Source of the DNA: Raillietiella orientalis
Lineage: Eukaryota
Direction: 5' to 3'
DNA length: 64,000 nucleotides
Assembly: GCA_036172245.1 (NCBI GenBank)
Contig: JAYWIR010000012.1
Location: 1,302,001 to 1,366,000 of the forward strand
Part shown: in pieces, positions 22,872-35,984 of the stretch
Numbering within the stretch: position 1 is the first letter of the stretch
Layout of the letters: every line of letters starts with the position of its first letter
Position numbers and translations under genes: made by a program
The notes under the pieces: model-generated
Told to the model about the DNA's origin: nothing
The model's database searches: none
What the model saw: the letters and a program-made list of their open reading frames with translations, nothing else

Positions 22872-25559
22872 GGAGCTTCGGGCAAAGCAAGGCACCCTTC
22901 GATCCGGACCTTCGGCTGTGAAGTGGGGTGTCTGCCCGATGACTTTTCTGGAATGTCTAAGGGAGCGAAGGAAGAAGCTAGAGGAAAAGCAAAGGAGAGA
23001 GCCAAGGAAAAGATAATAAATCACCTCCTTCCTTTTTCTGAGGAAAGAGGGAGCAAAAAACTGGAAGACAGTAGCCCAGTGGGAGAGTCACGTCCAGGGT
23101 TCTTCAACGAAGGTTCCTGCGCGGGACAATTCGCGTTTTCCGAGACAAACTTAGAGAACAAGGCTGCTCCTGCACGGAGATGGAGTGCTTTAGGCAATAC
23201 ACGGAAGCTCCTCCTCGTGCAGCAAAGAGTTCCAGCCCTTCGCAGAAAGGGTATGTGGTCGCGATACTCCAAGGAAAGATACGGGCGAACGAGGGCCTGC
23301 GGCGTCGGGAGTGGCACTGCGGACAATGGGAAGCGGGGAGCTCCGAACGAAGAGAGAGAGCTCCGAACGAAGAGAGAAATGTGCGTCCCTCGAAGGAACA
23401 AAGGTTCCTAGTGGAGAGTGCTCCGGGAAAGATATTGCTGATAGCCGGATTCGGCACAAATGAATCCCCGGGATGGTTTCCAAGGCGACCGTTTTTTCCT
23501 TTCCCTTCGAAATCTTCCACCTGCTTCCCACACAGCGATGCGAAGAGGAAGAAAGCGCTGGGAGCTCTCAATGGTCTGGGAGGAAGAATGGAAGGAACGT
23601 CTCCATGGAAGCGTTGCGGCGAGAGGAAGATGTCTTTCGGAGGCGCCATAATCCCCGATGACAGCTCCAAGCTGGGGCTCAAGTCATGAACCCTTCCCTC
23701 CAGAGACCGAAATTAGGGGACACATCACTGGCCTCGTGTCCCTCTTGCTTGGTGGCATGCCGATGTCCTCCAGTGAGAGTGGCGCTCAGGTTAAGACGAA
23801 GAGGCGAGCAAATCAAGGGCAGCTGTGGAAACGAGGAACAACAGGGAACCTCCACACCATCACTTCGCCCTGGCAATCTGCTTTCCTTTAACTCCAAAAT
23901 GGAGGCAGTGTTCTCGTGCTGGGGTACTCGGAACTGCAGGCAATCCTTGGGATAGGCACCCTTGGTTCTATCACCTCCGAGGTGCTGCCGGCATTCTCAT
24001 CTTCTATTTGATCACAGTTGGGAATGCTCATTTTGCGAGTGAGTCCATGGCTTTTCAGGAAATTCGCAAGTCAACAAGAAACCGGAAACGACGTATCTCC
24101 CTGTCATTAAAAAACGTGACCAAGACGGGATGATTTTGATTTTCATTTGCCTCCTCTGTCTCATTCGCCCTGAATTAGTGCCTCAGACATACGATCATCA
24201 TTTGAGACGGCCAACTTTCGGATGGGCCATCATTCAAGGTCACTTTTGTGGAAAAACTTGCACACCATCTTTCAGACACACGGTCAGTGTCTTTGAATGC
24301 TCCTATTTGACCTTTCTGGACGCGCAAATCATTTTCCCAGAATCACCGTGGGCAGAAACATGCTCTTTCTTATCATCCTTTCTTCCATTTCCTCGTTTCC
24401 TGGACTCTAGATAGGCTCGAATTCCCTCTGGAGTATATCCATCACCTAGAGACAGTGCTTGGTTCCTGCTGTGCACTTTAGAAAGCAAAGTAAACTCTCC
24501 ATGTCTCTGATCTCGGGAACAATAGGCAGCAATGCAACCTGGTCTATGTCAAAATTCATCCCACAAAGACCTTCAATGCCTTTGCAGTGAAGAAGCCAGT
24601 TTCTCTTGCATCCACCAGTTTCAACTTGAATAACCCGCGTGTGAAGCAAAACTTCACGATGGACTTAGAACTGAAAACATTCAGATGGGAATGGAAATAA
24701 CGAGATTTCTTCCAAAGGACTTTGTAGGGGCCTTTACTTTTTGCAGAATATTAAAAAAGCCAAAAATCTGGAATCTCCTGTTTATGCTTCTAGGTAGTAG
24801 AGGAAGACTTTAGATTTCAACAGATCGAAAAAAACCACGGAAATGGGTTTTATTCATTTCATTTACATTTCTTGTTATGCAGCTTGCATCTAGAAGATTC
24901 TAAAGCAGCATGACCCACTATTAGAGGTTTAAGATTATCAAGAACAATGTTTATTTCTTTTCTATTCTTAACCTGGTTATAGTGATTTGAACATGAAGTC
25001 TTCTGGCAACACTGATCTGTTGAGCGTTTGAGGAATGATAGGATCGGAATGTATGGAGCCATCAAGAAAATGTCAGATTCAAGCAAAAAGAAAGGAAATG
25101 TGCGGAAAGGGAAGAACAATCAAGGGTGCAGTGAACACGGAAAAACATTTCAAATTGAAAAACATAAAAGCGAGCAGTTGGTGTCAGTTAGCAACCGCTG
25201 CAGTTAGCTTCACCATGGTCTGAGGGAATGAACCAACAAACAAATCGTAGACTTGGCAAATAATCAAGTACGAAGGATGAATGCTAAATTTGCAGAGTAC
25301 TTAACTTGCCTCTCTCTGGAAATTTTAGGTGATTTTAGACTTCAATTGTCTTTTAAATAGAAAAGACGAAAGCATTTACTTACGCACCATACTCTAACAA
25401 AAGACCTTTCGTGTCCTAAATGTTGCAAGAACGATTCTAGTTGCAAACCTTGTCGTCTAATTGAAAAATCTAAGGGCGCATTCAGTTCATTGTAATTAAT
25501 ATCTTTTTATTTCTCAGTTTAGATTTCCTTTAAAATCCATGATCTAAAATACAGAAACC

Positions 25560-27186
25560 ATCACCAGATGAATCTGCTTAACTGTTTCCAGAAGAAAAGA
25601 CTTCATTGAAATTCGGCGCAACAGTCAAGACAAGTCAAGTAAATCGGGGAATTTCCAAACTTGAATCAAAATTCCTTATCCTCCCTTTACTGTAATCCTT
25701 TCTCTTTAACATGCAATGAGATTTCTCCTTAATTCTTGAGCTGAATCATCCCCGCTCTTCGTTTTAACCTTCATGTAATCACTCGATGCTTCCAAACAGG
25801 GTTTAGCTGTACTTGAAACGGTAGCTGAAAGATAAAATGCTTCTTAAAAAGAAATCCTTCTGCTCTTATATGCTTTTTGTGACCACTCCTTGTGACCACT
25901 CCTCCACTCCTTTTCTTTTCTTCACCACAATATTTCAGTCTGGGAGGATGAGCTACTTAGAAATAGTGCAAGGATCCATAAGAAAAGAATGGAAGACATC
26001 TAGTTTATTATGTAGTGCTATTTGTTAATTATAAAGTTTCAATTGATGTCACACTTTTTTTCATGAATTGTATTTGTCATTATCTTCCTCTTTAAAAATT
26101 CTATTCGCTTTTCCCAGGTTGAATCCAAAAAACTTGATTCAATTTGCAACTTTTTGTTCTGCTACAAAATTTTGCCACTTCGGTTCCATGAGAGTTTCCG
26201 TGCATTTGCTTCCAAGTTGTGCTCTAAAAGTTTGTGACCCTCTAAAACCTATATTCAATACAGCATGGTAAGCTCAACTGTTCTCATATATATATATATT
26301 TGTATATATCTATATTGCGAAGTAAAAGCTCATTGTTTTCTTGTGTAATGTGTATGATTGAAAATTAACTGATTTCTCGAGATTTTCTACCTCTTTTTTC
26401 TTTCTCTCAAAAACAATCCTTTAAGCATATGTACTTATGACAGTCACATCTCTTCCCTTTTTAATAACCAGGCATTTCTACTCCTAGAGAAGATCATTTT
26501 TCTTTTCCAACAATCGTGACACTCATTAATAATTCTGTCAGCTCTCTGTACACGCAACGAAATGCTTTAGCGTTTGAATCCCATCTTGCAATCCTTTTGC
26601 TCATTGTTGCATCCATGTAGCTGGTTTTGTCCAGTTACAATGTCAATGCAGTTAAATACAAAACAAAGCAATCCAACGTCTCATAAGTTACTGTTTTAGA
26701 TGGCATCAACGAAGTAGAGAAAATAATAATTAGACTGTAGTATCAGACCACAGTAAGGAATGTTCACATGTGGTTTTGGTACTTTAGTTTATAGCACAAA
26801 TACTTAGGTATATCATGAAATAATCTTTAGAAAAAAGTTGCTACAGATCACTTTATGATACACCTACGTGCAAAGGCATAAGTCTTACATGCTGAATTCA
26901 TATCCATCACATGAACACCATTCTTGATGATGGCTGTTCATCATTATCGAAACAGTTTTCTATTTTCAATCTTGTTTCGAAATGTCATTAATTATTTCTG
27001 TCATGAAATTTAAATGTAAGTCCACAATTTACCTACACATATAAATATTCACTAAGAGAAGCCTTTTTTTTTTGGCAACTTTAAGCCAACTGCCCGAGAT
27101 TGCTGCTGTTTGATGTCTTGTATCCTTTGTAATTTAACTGTCTGGTAATGCAATCGAAAAGAGTTGCTGATGTCGTCCCCGTCCAT
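25560..27186 (-). pseudogene. Decayed coiled-coil gene, tentatively CEP89-like
   Basis: Ordered fragments with stops and frameshifts: MDGDDISNSFRLHYQTVKLQRIQDIKQQ; SLRVQRADRIINEC; RDVTVISTYA*RIVFERKKKEVENLEK/ITQENNELL; VLEGHKLLEHNLEANARKL...IL*QNKKLQIE...KRIEFLKRKIMTNTIHEK; LKYCGEEKKR. Order recalls CEP89 (LDIKYLSPLL..VVKENEEL..VLEENKLLLEQLEIQQRK), from memory only. Confidence 0.45.
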
Positions 27187-27598
27187 GCTAATTCAGAAGC
27201 AAATTCTGGGAAGCGTTTGAAGCTGGTAATCTGGAAGCAAATTGCAGCCTTCGCATGTGCGCTTGTGGGATGGAACTCTCGCCAGTGGTTGGTTGTCTTT
27301 GCGTAGCGGATTGCTGTTCTGGATTCTCATAAAAACAAAAACAAAACAACGGGGAAAAAAATGTTGTTTATCATGCATCTTATTTGCTAGCTTGTTTCGT
27401 AAAAATAATCAACTACTTCATCACAGGTGTTACACATGCGGGCACCTGTGTAATGGGACCATGGTTTTACATACAGGATTCAAAGAGAAAAAAAATGATA
27501 CTTTATGAGGTCGGAAGGCCACCTCAGCAAACGTGATAAAAATTTCAACGGGTTCTGTGATTACAACAATTTTTTATGTTATTTAAATATATGATAAA

Positions 27599-30143
27599 AT
27601 GGATGAAGAATGGGGTGAAGATCTCCCTGTAGAAATATTTGAAGAATGTGATTTCATAGTCTCCCAAGTTAATGAGACTGCTGCGTTTAATTGTGATGTA
27701 CAAATTCCAAGCACATCAAATCCCGTCGATGTTTTGATGAAGGAAGATTTTCGACTATGTATTCTTTCGGTAAGAAATGTAGTACTTTGTTCAAAAGAAT
27801 GATCTGGAATTTTAGAAAGAGAGTGAAGTTGACAAACTGAAGGCTAAGTGTTCTTTTCTTCAAAGTGATGTTTATAAAAAGGAAGGAGAAATCAGTTATT
27901 TAAGAGCTGAGTTAACGAAGAAAGAAGTTGAGTTGCAAAAGACAAAATTGCAGCAATTTGATGAATTAGAAAAACAGTCGCAGAAATCAAAAAAGCAATT
28001 AGAAAATTTAGAAAAAAAGATTGCTTGCATGAAGACTGAGTTAGAATTTTCGGTAAACAGTAACATCACATGTAGTTATTTTCTGGAATGCAGAAATTGT
28101 TTTTAACTGTAATTAAGTTTTTCTGGTGCATTATATTATGTGTAATGTCTGTATGCTTTTAAAGTTTAACATACTGAAAACAAAGGTGTCGAGTGTTACA
28201 AGTATTGAAGCCTATCTAACGGGTAGAATCAGTGTTATATTTATAAGAAATAGTTTTGTTATTTTTGGTCTGAACATGTAAAGAGAACTTGGCTGCTTCT
28301 TAGTTCAGCACTGTAACAACATAAGCATATGCCTGATCATCTTATTTGATCTTGTTTACAAATCATTAGGACTTCGTGGTTTCAGTGATTTGTGTCTTTA
28401 ATTGTAATTCTTTCATGTGATGGGGAATTAAGTTGAAAAGGAGTTGTATGGAATTGTATGTTAGTTTATACTAAGCATCCCATTGGTATTTAAGGAGACA
28501 CCAACTTGAAGTTTGTTGGCATGTTCTCCATTCAATATTTGTACTGCATTCAACATTACATAATATTGTTGATCCCTTTAAAGTTATCTATTGATCCATG
28601 CAGAGGTTAGATGTCAACAAACTGGTGCAGAGCCATAGCCAGCAGGTGGATGAGTCTATGCAGAGGCAAAGGAAACGTCTTCGTGGTGACCCAGAAGAGG
28701 AATGGTCCAGTTTTCAGAAGAATAAAGATCACAGCATCCCATCAGAATTTGCAGCCTAGTAAGTGAGCCTTTTGTTTCTCATGCTAAGTTTAGTATTTTG
28801 TGTATTTAATTACATAGCCAACATTCAAAGCAGCTCCTGGATTCTGGGATTCAGACAAGTCCTCTGAAGACATCACATAATGTGGACAAACCTTGTTTAC
28901 AGCCAGTTTCATTTGCCTCTTCAGGCTGCATCTCTGTGATAAGTTTGATGCTCAGTGAATTGCTCAAGCATGAAGCATCATCTATGCATTGTCAAATTAT
29001 TTCTCAAGCAGAAGCTGAAATGAAGGGTGTTGTGCAATTGTTAGCCAATCTACATTCCTGTGCCTCTTTGGAACTGGCAGAGTTTATCAGCAGAATCTAT
29101 TCCATGTTCTCATCTGCATTACTGTGTTGCAAAGAATGTGTAGATTGTTGGCAGACTACTAACAATAGTAGAAATACTCTGGCACAGTTAATTTTGTGGT
29201 GGCTGCAGTCTGCTCCTAATGTGAGTTCTGAGTCTATGAAATTTCCACAAGTAGTTTGGGAAGAATTCCTGCATAGTCTCCACCAAATACTGCTGCAAGT
29301 ATGTCGTTGCTGTGAGTTTTTCTTACTTTGATTTAGTATCCTCAGGATATTCAGTTTATAGTGAATCTGCTGAATTTGTTAAAATGGCTGCTTCATTTGG
29401 AGCCTCAGCCCATTCTTTCTGATAAAGGGTGAGTGTGAGATCATAAGAAAAGAAAGCAACCTTCAGTTTTAGATTTTCATCATTCCATTGCATATTAACT
29501 GAATCTATCTCTAACTCAGAAATCAACCTACATCGATTGTACATTGCGTTAGATTGGAAATTTCCCTGTAGGCTATGCAAATCACCTATAAGTATACATA
29601 AGATATTACAATTCTTTCTGTTCATGTTTCTCCATCTGATTTGTTAGAGGACTCGTGTTTGCAGCCATGTTATCGTCTTTCACTTCTTAGATTTCTGAAT
29701 AAGGACAGTTCAGAGCTGAAAGTGACACAGCAAATACTTTTGCATGTTGCTGGTATCATCATTTTGGCACCTAATGAGCATTTTCGTCATGATGATACGT
29801 GCCCTTGTTTTGTAGAATTAGCTATTTTCTATGTGCATCTACTTCATCAAATGATTGTTGTTCAGAATCAGTGTTCTATTTCAAGTATCACGCCTATACA
29901 GTTAGATTGGGCATTCGATGCACTGGGTCAGCTGCTACTTTTAGATACCCATCTTGTTGTCCGGCTTGGATCCACTCAGCTTCTGTGCCTAGATTTGCTG
30001 CACGCTGTTAATCCTGGAGGATCTGTAGACACAAAAATCCGTAGGACACGTATAGCTGCATCCAAAAAGTATCTTTCCCCTTAGATCCTGTTCTGGAGCA
30101 ACTGAGAACCATTTTATTGGAAGAGAGTTTGGAATGTCTATGA
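27599..30143 (+). CDS. ATRIP: ATR-interacting protein (8 exons, ~565 aa)
   Basis: Exons 27599-27769, 27816-28052, 28604-28758, 28818-29298, 29346-29428, 29473-29591, 29648-30040, 30085-30143; all GT-AG and phase-consistent. Acidic N-terminus WGEDLPVEIFEECDFIVSQ, coiled coil VYKKEGEISYLR...MKTELEFS (cf. KNGEIKILR...QSELQFK), and C-terminal CPCFVELAIFYVHLLHQ (cf. CQCNVEVV...MLHRQ). Confidence 0.88.
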
Positions 30144-31899
30144 GCACAGACCAGAGTTCTGGAGTCCGACTAATATTTTAGATCACCCAAAAGGAAAGCA
30201 GTAATGTGGCGATCTGTTTAAAGTGATGGCTAGGTGTTCCTGAAGCATAGAATTCATCAGCACTTGGATCCTTATAGCTCCTAGTTTTCCATAAAGTGGA
30301 GCTCATTGTTACAGATTCCCAGGAGCTGCTGATCAGTGGGCTGGTTGCTTGTGTTGTTACCCAGGACTGATTGTTCTGTGTTTTTGTTTCCTGTTTTTCT
30401 GATGACATGCCTTTGTTTTCTACTTGTGAAATGTGTGAAAACATCTTATGCAATGCATATTTGAGATAATGGGAGCAGCCAGTTGTTGGACTAAAAAATT
30501 AGGGAAGTGAAGAAATATCAAACCTGAACATACATGCGATTCCAACAATGAATTTTGAGAACATAAAGAGTTTTGTTTAGAATGTTTCGGGCAAATTCTG
30601 TTGCTTTTGGACAATGTTGATGGGTTTTACGTATTAAGCATTCCTGGAACATATTATAGGCACTAAAAAAAACTATCAAACCGTAATTTGAAATCAAATA
30701 ATCACCAGCATAAGAAGGTGTCTGGGGAGTTGATAGCTGAAATTTGATCCACCAGGTATGTGAAGGAATCAGCACAGCTGCTGGAATTTGAGATGATGGT
30801 TTGAAAGCAAGGTGCATATAGCAGATATTCTTTGGCACCATAATGTATTTCCATCTGCTCTTGAAAGTTTTGTGGACTTTACCTGCCCTGTATTTGTTAT
30901 CCTTACAAAATTGTTGAATTGAAGAAATGGATTGAGAGATTGCATTGTCAAAATGGACACGTTGTTTCTCATTGATGCAATTCATCAAGTTGTGAACACA
31001 GTGTACAAATTGCATCCAGGAACTAACAAACAGGTAAGCATATTAGAACTATACAATTTTCTACATAAATAGATTTGCAAAAATAATATTCTAATATATT
31101 TGAGTTTACCTTGATTAAAAATATGCATCAGTAGCTTAATTTAAGTGGAATGGGTCTTATCACGCTGTAATTTAAATCTTTTGACATAAGAATACAGTAA
31201 TTGAACACCAGTAAACAATAACAAGCTTCTTCACAGTATAATTTGGTATGTATACTGTGAAGAAGCCTATTGTTGTTTACAGTATTCATGGAGGTAAATT
31301 CAGACTTGCATTCATTTAAGTACAATGATATCTGGACTTCAAAGTGCCCTGCATGTGTTGTTTCATTCTTTTGAGTAGAAGATAGTTTTCATTTACCACA
31401 CACGTTTGGTCAGTTTTTGCATCTTCTAGAATTGTTTCTGTATTAAATACGTGATTTTGTACCATGTCTGACACAGGAAACGTTGCCTTCAAATGTGATG
31501 CCTTTTGTTATTGGAAGGTGCAAAGCAGTAAGTTTATGCCCATTCTTTGAAAGTAACGTTTTTTCGCAATATTATCATCCACCTTAGTCAGCTTTTTGTG
31601 TCAGTGACTGTTGGTTGAATAATGTGGATGAACTGTAAAGGTTTTTGATACTTCTTCTGTTCAGTTTTCTTGTTCAAGGTTCCTCACTAGAAGAACTTGG
31701 ATTGGTTAAATGCTTTTATTATTGATTACCTTTTGTATATTCATTCTTGAATTTTTTTTTTTTGTTTTGCATTTTGAAAAACTAATGCTCAATGTTTTTG
31801 AAAAAGGCATTAAAAAGCCTCATTTCCGGGCCTTTCTTTTTTACTTATCTATGTCTGCGGAAAGTTCCTGCTGGGCTCTGAAATGTTTCAAGCGAGGTG

Positions 31900-32700
31900 T
31901 TTTGTTGATCCCCCCTTCAACGTGTTGGAACTTTAACATGCTTTTGCATTCTCCAGTGACATTCGTCCACTCCATCTTGGAGACTTTTTGAACAGTAAGG
32001 TGTAGCGGTGAATGCAAAGCTGCAGATTTGCTCCACGAAATCCAGAGTGTTATACGGCAGAAGTGTAGAGATCCTTGAGGCATGTTTTCCGATTCTCGGT
32101 CTTGCTCCTCCCCCGAGGAATGGTCCAGTGCGACGTTGGGTGCCTCCAAGCTCAAGTTTGCGGCACGCATCTCTTCTCTTCACGCAGATCCCCGCATCGT
32201 GAGGCCGAATTCTGCCCGTCCTTGTGACAGTTCTGCGAGTTGTGGATGCAAAATCTGTGCATGGTGCGGCCACCGTGCGTGATTTTGTGCGTTGGGTGCG
32301 ATTGGTGGGGGGAGGGACGCGTGCGCATGGCATCCGATTCGGGGGCTCTTGTTGCGGTGGTAGAGTCTCGAAGGGTAGTCGAGGTTGCGTGTTCTCAGTC
32401 GCAACCTCAGCGACTGGCATCCTGGGAATTTCCAATCCCGAAAACTTGAAAACAAAGTCGATTGCGGCAGAAGCACCGGTAACGAGGCATCGGTTTTCCT
32501 CCAGCTGTTGATCTTCCGAGCTCTTGTCTTCATGTCATTTGGTGGTGCGTTCTTCGTAGTCAGGTTTCAAAAGCTGAGCGGAAAGGAGTGAAACTTCCTC
32601 GAGAGTCGCTTCTTCCCGAGTCATTTGGTGTCGGATAGATGCTTAGCCGCTCTCTTTTCGATGCTATCATTTCACATGTGCTCAAGGATTACCACTCATA
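31900..32700 (-). mobile_element. Possible decayed BEL/Pao gag N-terminal remnant
   Basis: EEVSLLSAQLL...EDQQLEENRCL...TQPRLPFETLP loosely recalls the acidic helix plus KLPKL.LP motif; interrupted by stops. Confidence 0.2.
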
Positions 32701-34399
32701 CTGTTACGGAAAGCAAAACACTGTACCCCTAAGGTACTTGGCTCCGAATTATGGTACTTGAAAACATTGACGAAATCATTAGCATTAGTGTTAGCTTACC
32801 CGCACGCCTTTTCTATGCCATTTGCGTTAGAAGGGAAAACGTAGCTGGGATCTCTCAGTAGCTCCTCTGCCTTGTTCATGCATTGCCCAACCTCATTTCG
32901 TGGACACAGTTGCTGTGGGGTGGCGTCTTTGCAAACTGAAAATCAGTTGCCACTTTCTCAGTATGGGTTCACGCATTTGGTCAGAGGCCGGTTTTCTGTT
33001 TAGCATTTGGACTCTATAGCATTCCCCTCGATGCTAAAGCAGGACTACGGATAGGTGAATGCCACACGGGAGTTGCGCGTGACAGAGTTGATGTTAATTC
33101 ACCGATATTTGCAGCACCTAATTGTTTGTAGGTAGACGTTGGGAAGTGGGGCTTTGCCTGCATGCGTGCGTTAAGGAGGAGTTGTATGAAGGTTCGCGTA
33201 GAGTGTTGTGTACTAATTACTGTTTCTGCCCGAACCTCTCACAGCCCGCTCAATTAATTTTCAAGGTCTGCTCCGGGTTTTCCTAATCTAGCAAAGGTAT
33301 GAACATCAAAAGCATCTAATTCCAGACGACGAAAGAAAGATCGAACAAGAGGGACGGGGATAAACACTATGGGGCTTTCCCGTGAGGGTGTTTGTCCTGA
33401 GGAAAACACTTGGAAGAGTTTGACTTCTGGAGCCGAAATAGCAAAATGTGACCTCGTACTGCTGAAATCCTGTATTGCTGTCAGTAAATGGGCATTCGCC
33501 TGTACTGATTCGAAGAGTAATCAGCCACGCTGAAATTGAAAAGCACTGAAGGATGTTTGTGTCTGTTTACATACAAGTGTGTTGGCTTGGGTGTGGCGGA
33601 AGCATAAGTAATGGGTGTATGTTCACGTGGAACACTGAAGTTAGCTTCTTTGAAGGCAACACCAAACCGAGCTGAGCGACGTACATTCAGCGCGTGTGTA
33701 CCGAATTTAAAGTAGTCGTACAGTCATCTGTGTGAAATCTCGAAAATCAGCTGGAGTCCCGTTTCACCCCGCCTTCGGGGCTCACCCCGTCGATGTACAC
33801 TGTGCACCGGCAAGTTGGCGCCCGTCTTTTCCGTATCGATTCTCCGAAGGAATCTCAGAGAGTGCGTAGGCTCTCCGAGGGCGTTGTATTTTATTATTGG
33901 TATTATTGATGGACTGTTACCATTATTATTTGATTACTGTTGTTATTTTTTTGCCACTGCGGCGTTTACGAATGCCGCGTGTCGCATTCGAAGTGTCCGC
34001 TCCGTGTTGTCCATCTATCGCTTTAAGTAAAATACAGTTGGGAATCGCGTTGGAACACACAAAGCGAGTATTCGGCAAATACGGGTTCGCGTACATTGCA
34101 AGGACTCCAGGCGCGACATGGAATTGAAAGCACCCTGTGCCATGCTGCAAGAGTTCAGGTGTCTTCCCATCGCTGGTTCCAGACCTGGGGTATTGGTGTT
34201 TCATTATCTCCTTCTGCCGCTGCTCCTTAGCCTTCATGGTTCCCTTTGGCTCCAGGGTTCGGAAAAGTACCTGGCATCCCGCAGCATGTCATGCTATTCG
34301 GTTTCCTTAGGAAGGAATCCGGACTATTCCCTCAAATCTGCTCAAGTCCTACTGGTCTGGATCTCTGATTAAAGACTTCCGTGGACAGAAAAAATGCCA

Positions 34400-35250
34400 G
34401 AAATCCTTTTCCGGTCAACTGATTGATTTTTTGCAAATCCCCTTGATCGAGTGCTTACTCGAGTGGGTGCGTAACGATCGTCGAAACTCCATGGAAACCG
34501 CGCTCTCGCCGTTACAAAGTCTGAAGCACAGTTGCTTAGAACGCAAGAGCGCGTGCTGTCTCGAACGCGATGGGAAACGTCTTCCAATTTCCTCCTGTGT
34601 TTTTGCACACGAAATGTTGCAGCATAGTGACTCATGCCCACTGCTGCTGCAGCATTGAAAAAAAACGCTATTCGTGATCTGTTCGTTTTGGAAATCCGGA
34701 ACCCACATGTCGCTCGTGTTCCAGTACCGAACGGCGAACAGTGTCCTCGCTGGAGGAAGTGCACAGAGCAGCGCATTGCAGGAAAAGGTGTTTGCGATGT
34801 CCCTTCGTCGTCATCTCGAAAGTGCGAGACGCAGGGAACCCCACCGTGCCCTTCGGGCTGCCAGGAAGCGCTCCCGCGGGGCGATGGGACTCCCCCTCGT
34901 CTTTCGCGGCGATCCTTGTTACGTTTGGGTGGACGACAAGGTTGGCCGGCACGATCTGACTACCGCGCAGCGATTGACACGGATGTGCGCCGAAGCGAGG
35001 CAACGCGAGAGCGTGACTTACCTGTGGACGCTATCCAGACAATCCAGAGGAACCACGCGTACTTCGGCATCATGGCCCTTCCTGAAAACAACTTCACTGA
35101 TCACCACTTTCTTATGCGGGATCGGGCGCCGTGTTTGCCGCCATCGCTTTCTGCATTCGAGCTGGCGTGCCTTTCGCTTCTGCCTCTCTCACCTCGGACA
35201 GCCAAAGCGGTTGGGAACATTGGGGAGAGCGCAGGTCAAGGAAACGCGGG
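34400..35250 (+). mobile_element. Decayed non-LTR RT C-terminal remnant (CR1/L2/Jockey/R1-like, not Tx1)
   Basis: ECLLEWVRND (cf. L.EW...N.L), LERDGKRLPISSCV (cf. L.G..I....VKYLG), CYVW...LTTAQR (cf. Y..VW....L..VQR). Confidence 0.45.
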
Positions 35251-35984
35251 GAAGCGGTCCGTGCCACCACGTGGTAGAACGGGAAGCGCCAGACCTTCTC
35301 TTACCGCAACGTGCTGCCGGAGGTCGCCGTCGGTGCTCTTTGGATGGTGATCGTTTTCCGCTCCCGAAAACTTCCCGCCGTCCGCTCGGCGGGAATTCAA
35401 GCGCCTGTGGGGTGATGGCAGATCCTGCGTTCGTTCCGGCAGCGGCCTCTGCCCCCCGCCGCGAAATTTCACTTGCGACCGCAGGGCTTCTTTCGGTCTT
35501 TACAGGAACGCAGGCTCCAATCTCAGGAGCCGTGCTCCGCACGTTCCCAGAGGAAAGCACACATGCAAAAGAGGAAGAAAGGAAAAAAATTGCGCGCACA
35601 CGCACGCACACACACACCGACGCACACAGAGAAATTTCAAGATGGTCTGGGGAAACTAAAAAAAAAAAAGGAAAGAAAGAAAAAGAATAAAAGTGCTTTT
35701 AATGCTTACCATGGTTTCACGAACATGTGGAGCTCCCAATCTCCTTCCTGCGCGACTTGGCGTGACGTGCTCTGCGCTCCTCCAGCGAAAGGCGCGTTTC
35801 CGGGTGGCGGCGATTCGCCAGGCGGACCGTCGGATTATGGAAATTTACGCAGAACCATCGATATATAACGCTGCCGCAACCAAATAATTATCGCTCCTCG
35901 GAAGTTTCCCTCTCGCGCCGGCCCCTCCCCGTCTCTCGCGCTCCGCGCGCGCCCGTCCGAACTCGGGGCCTCCGTCGGCTGCGG

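Noticed and set aside
23480..23590. Minus-strand PRPLRAPSAFFLF / GSRWKISKGKEK resembling an HMG box
   Set aside because: Two short motifs in different frames with the middle helix missing; too weak to call.
27120..27128. GTATCCTTT, a U12-type 5' splice site consensus near a minor-spliceosome gene
   Set aside because: No TCCTTAAC-like branch point downstream, not at a modelled exon boundary, and one 9-mer hit in this window is expected by chance.
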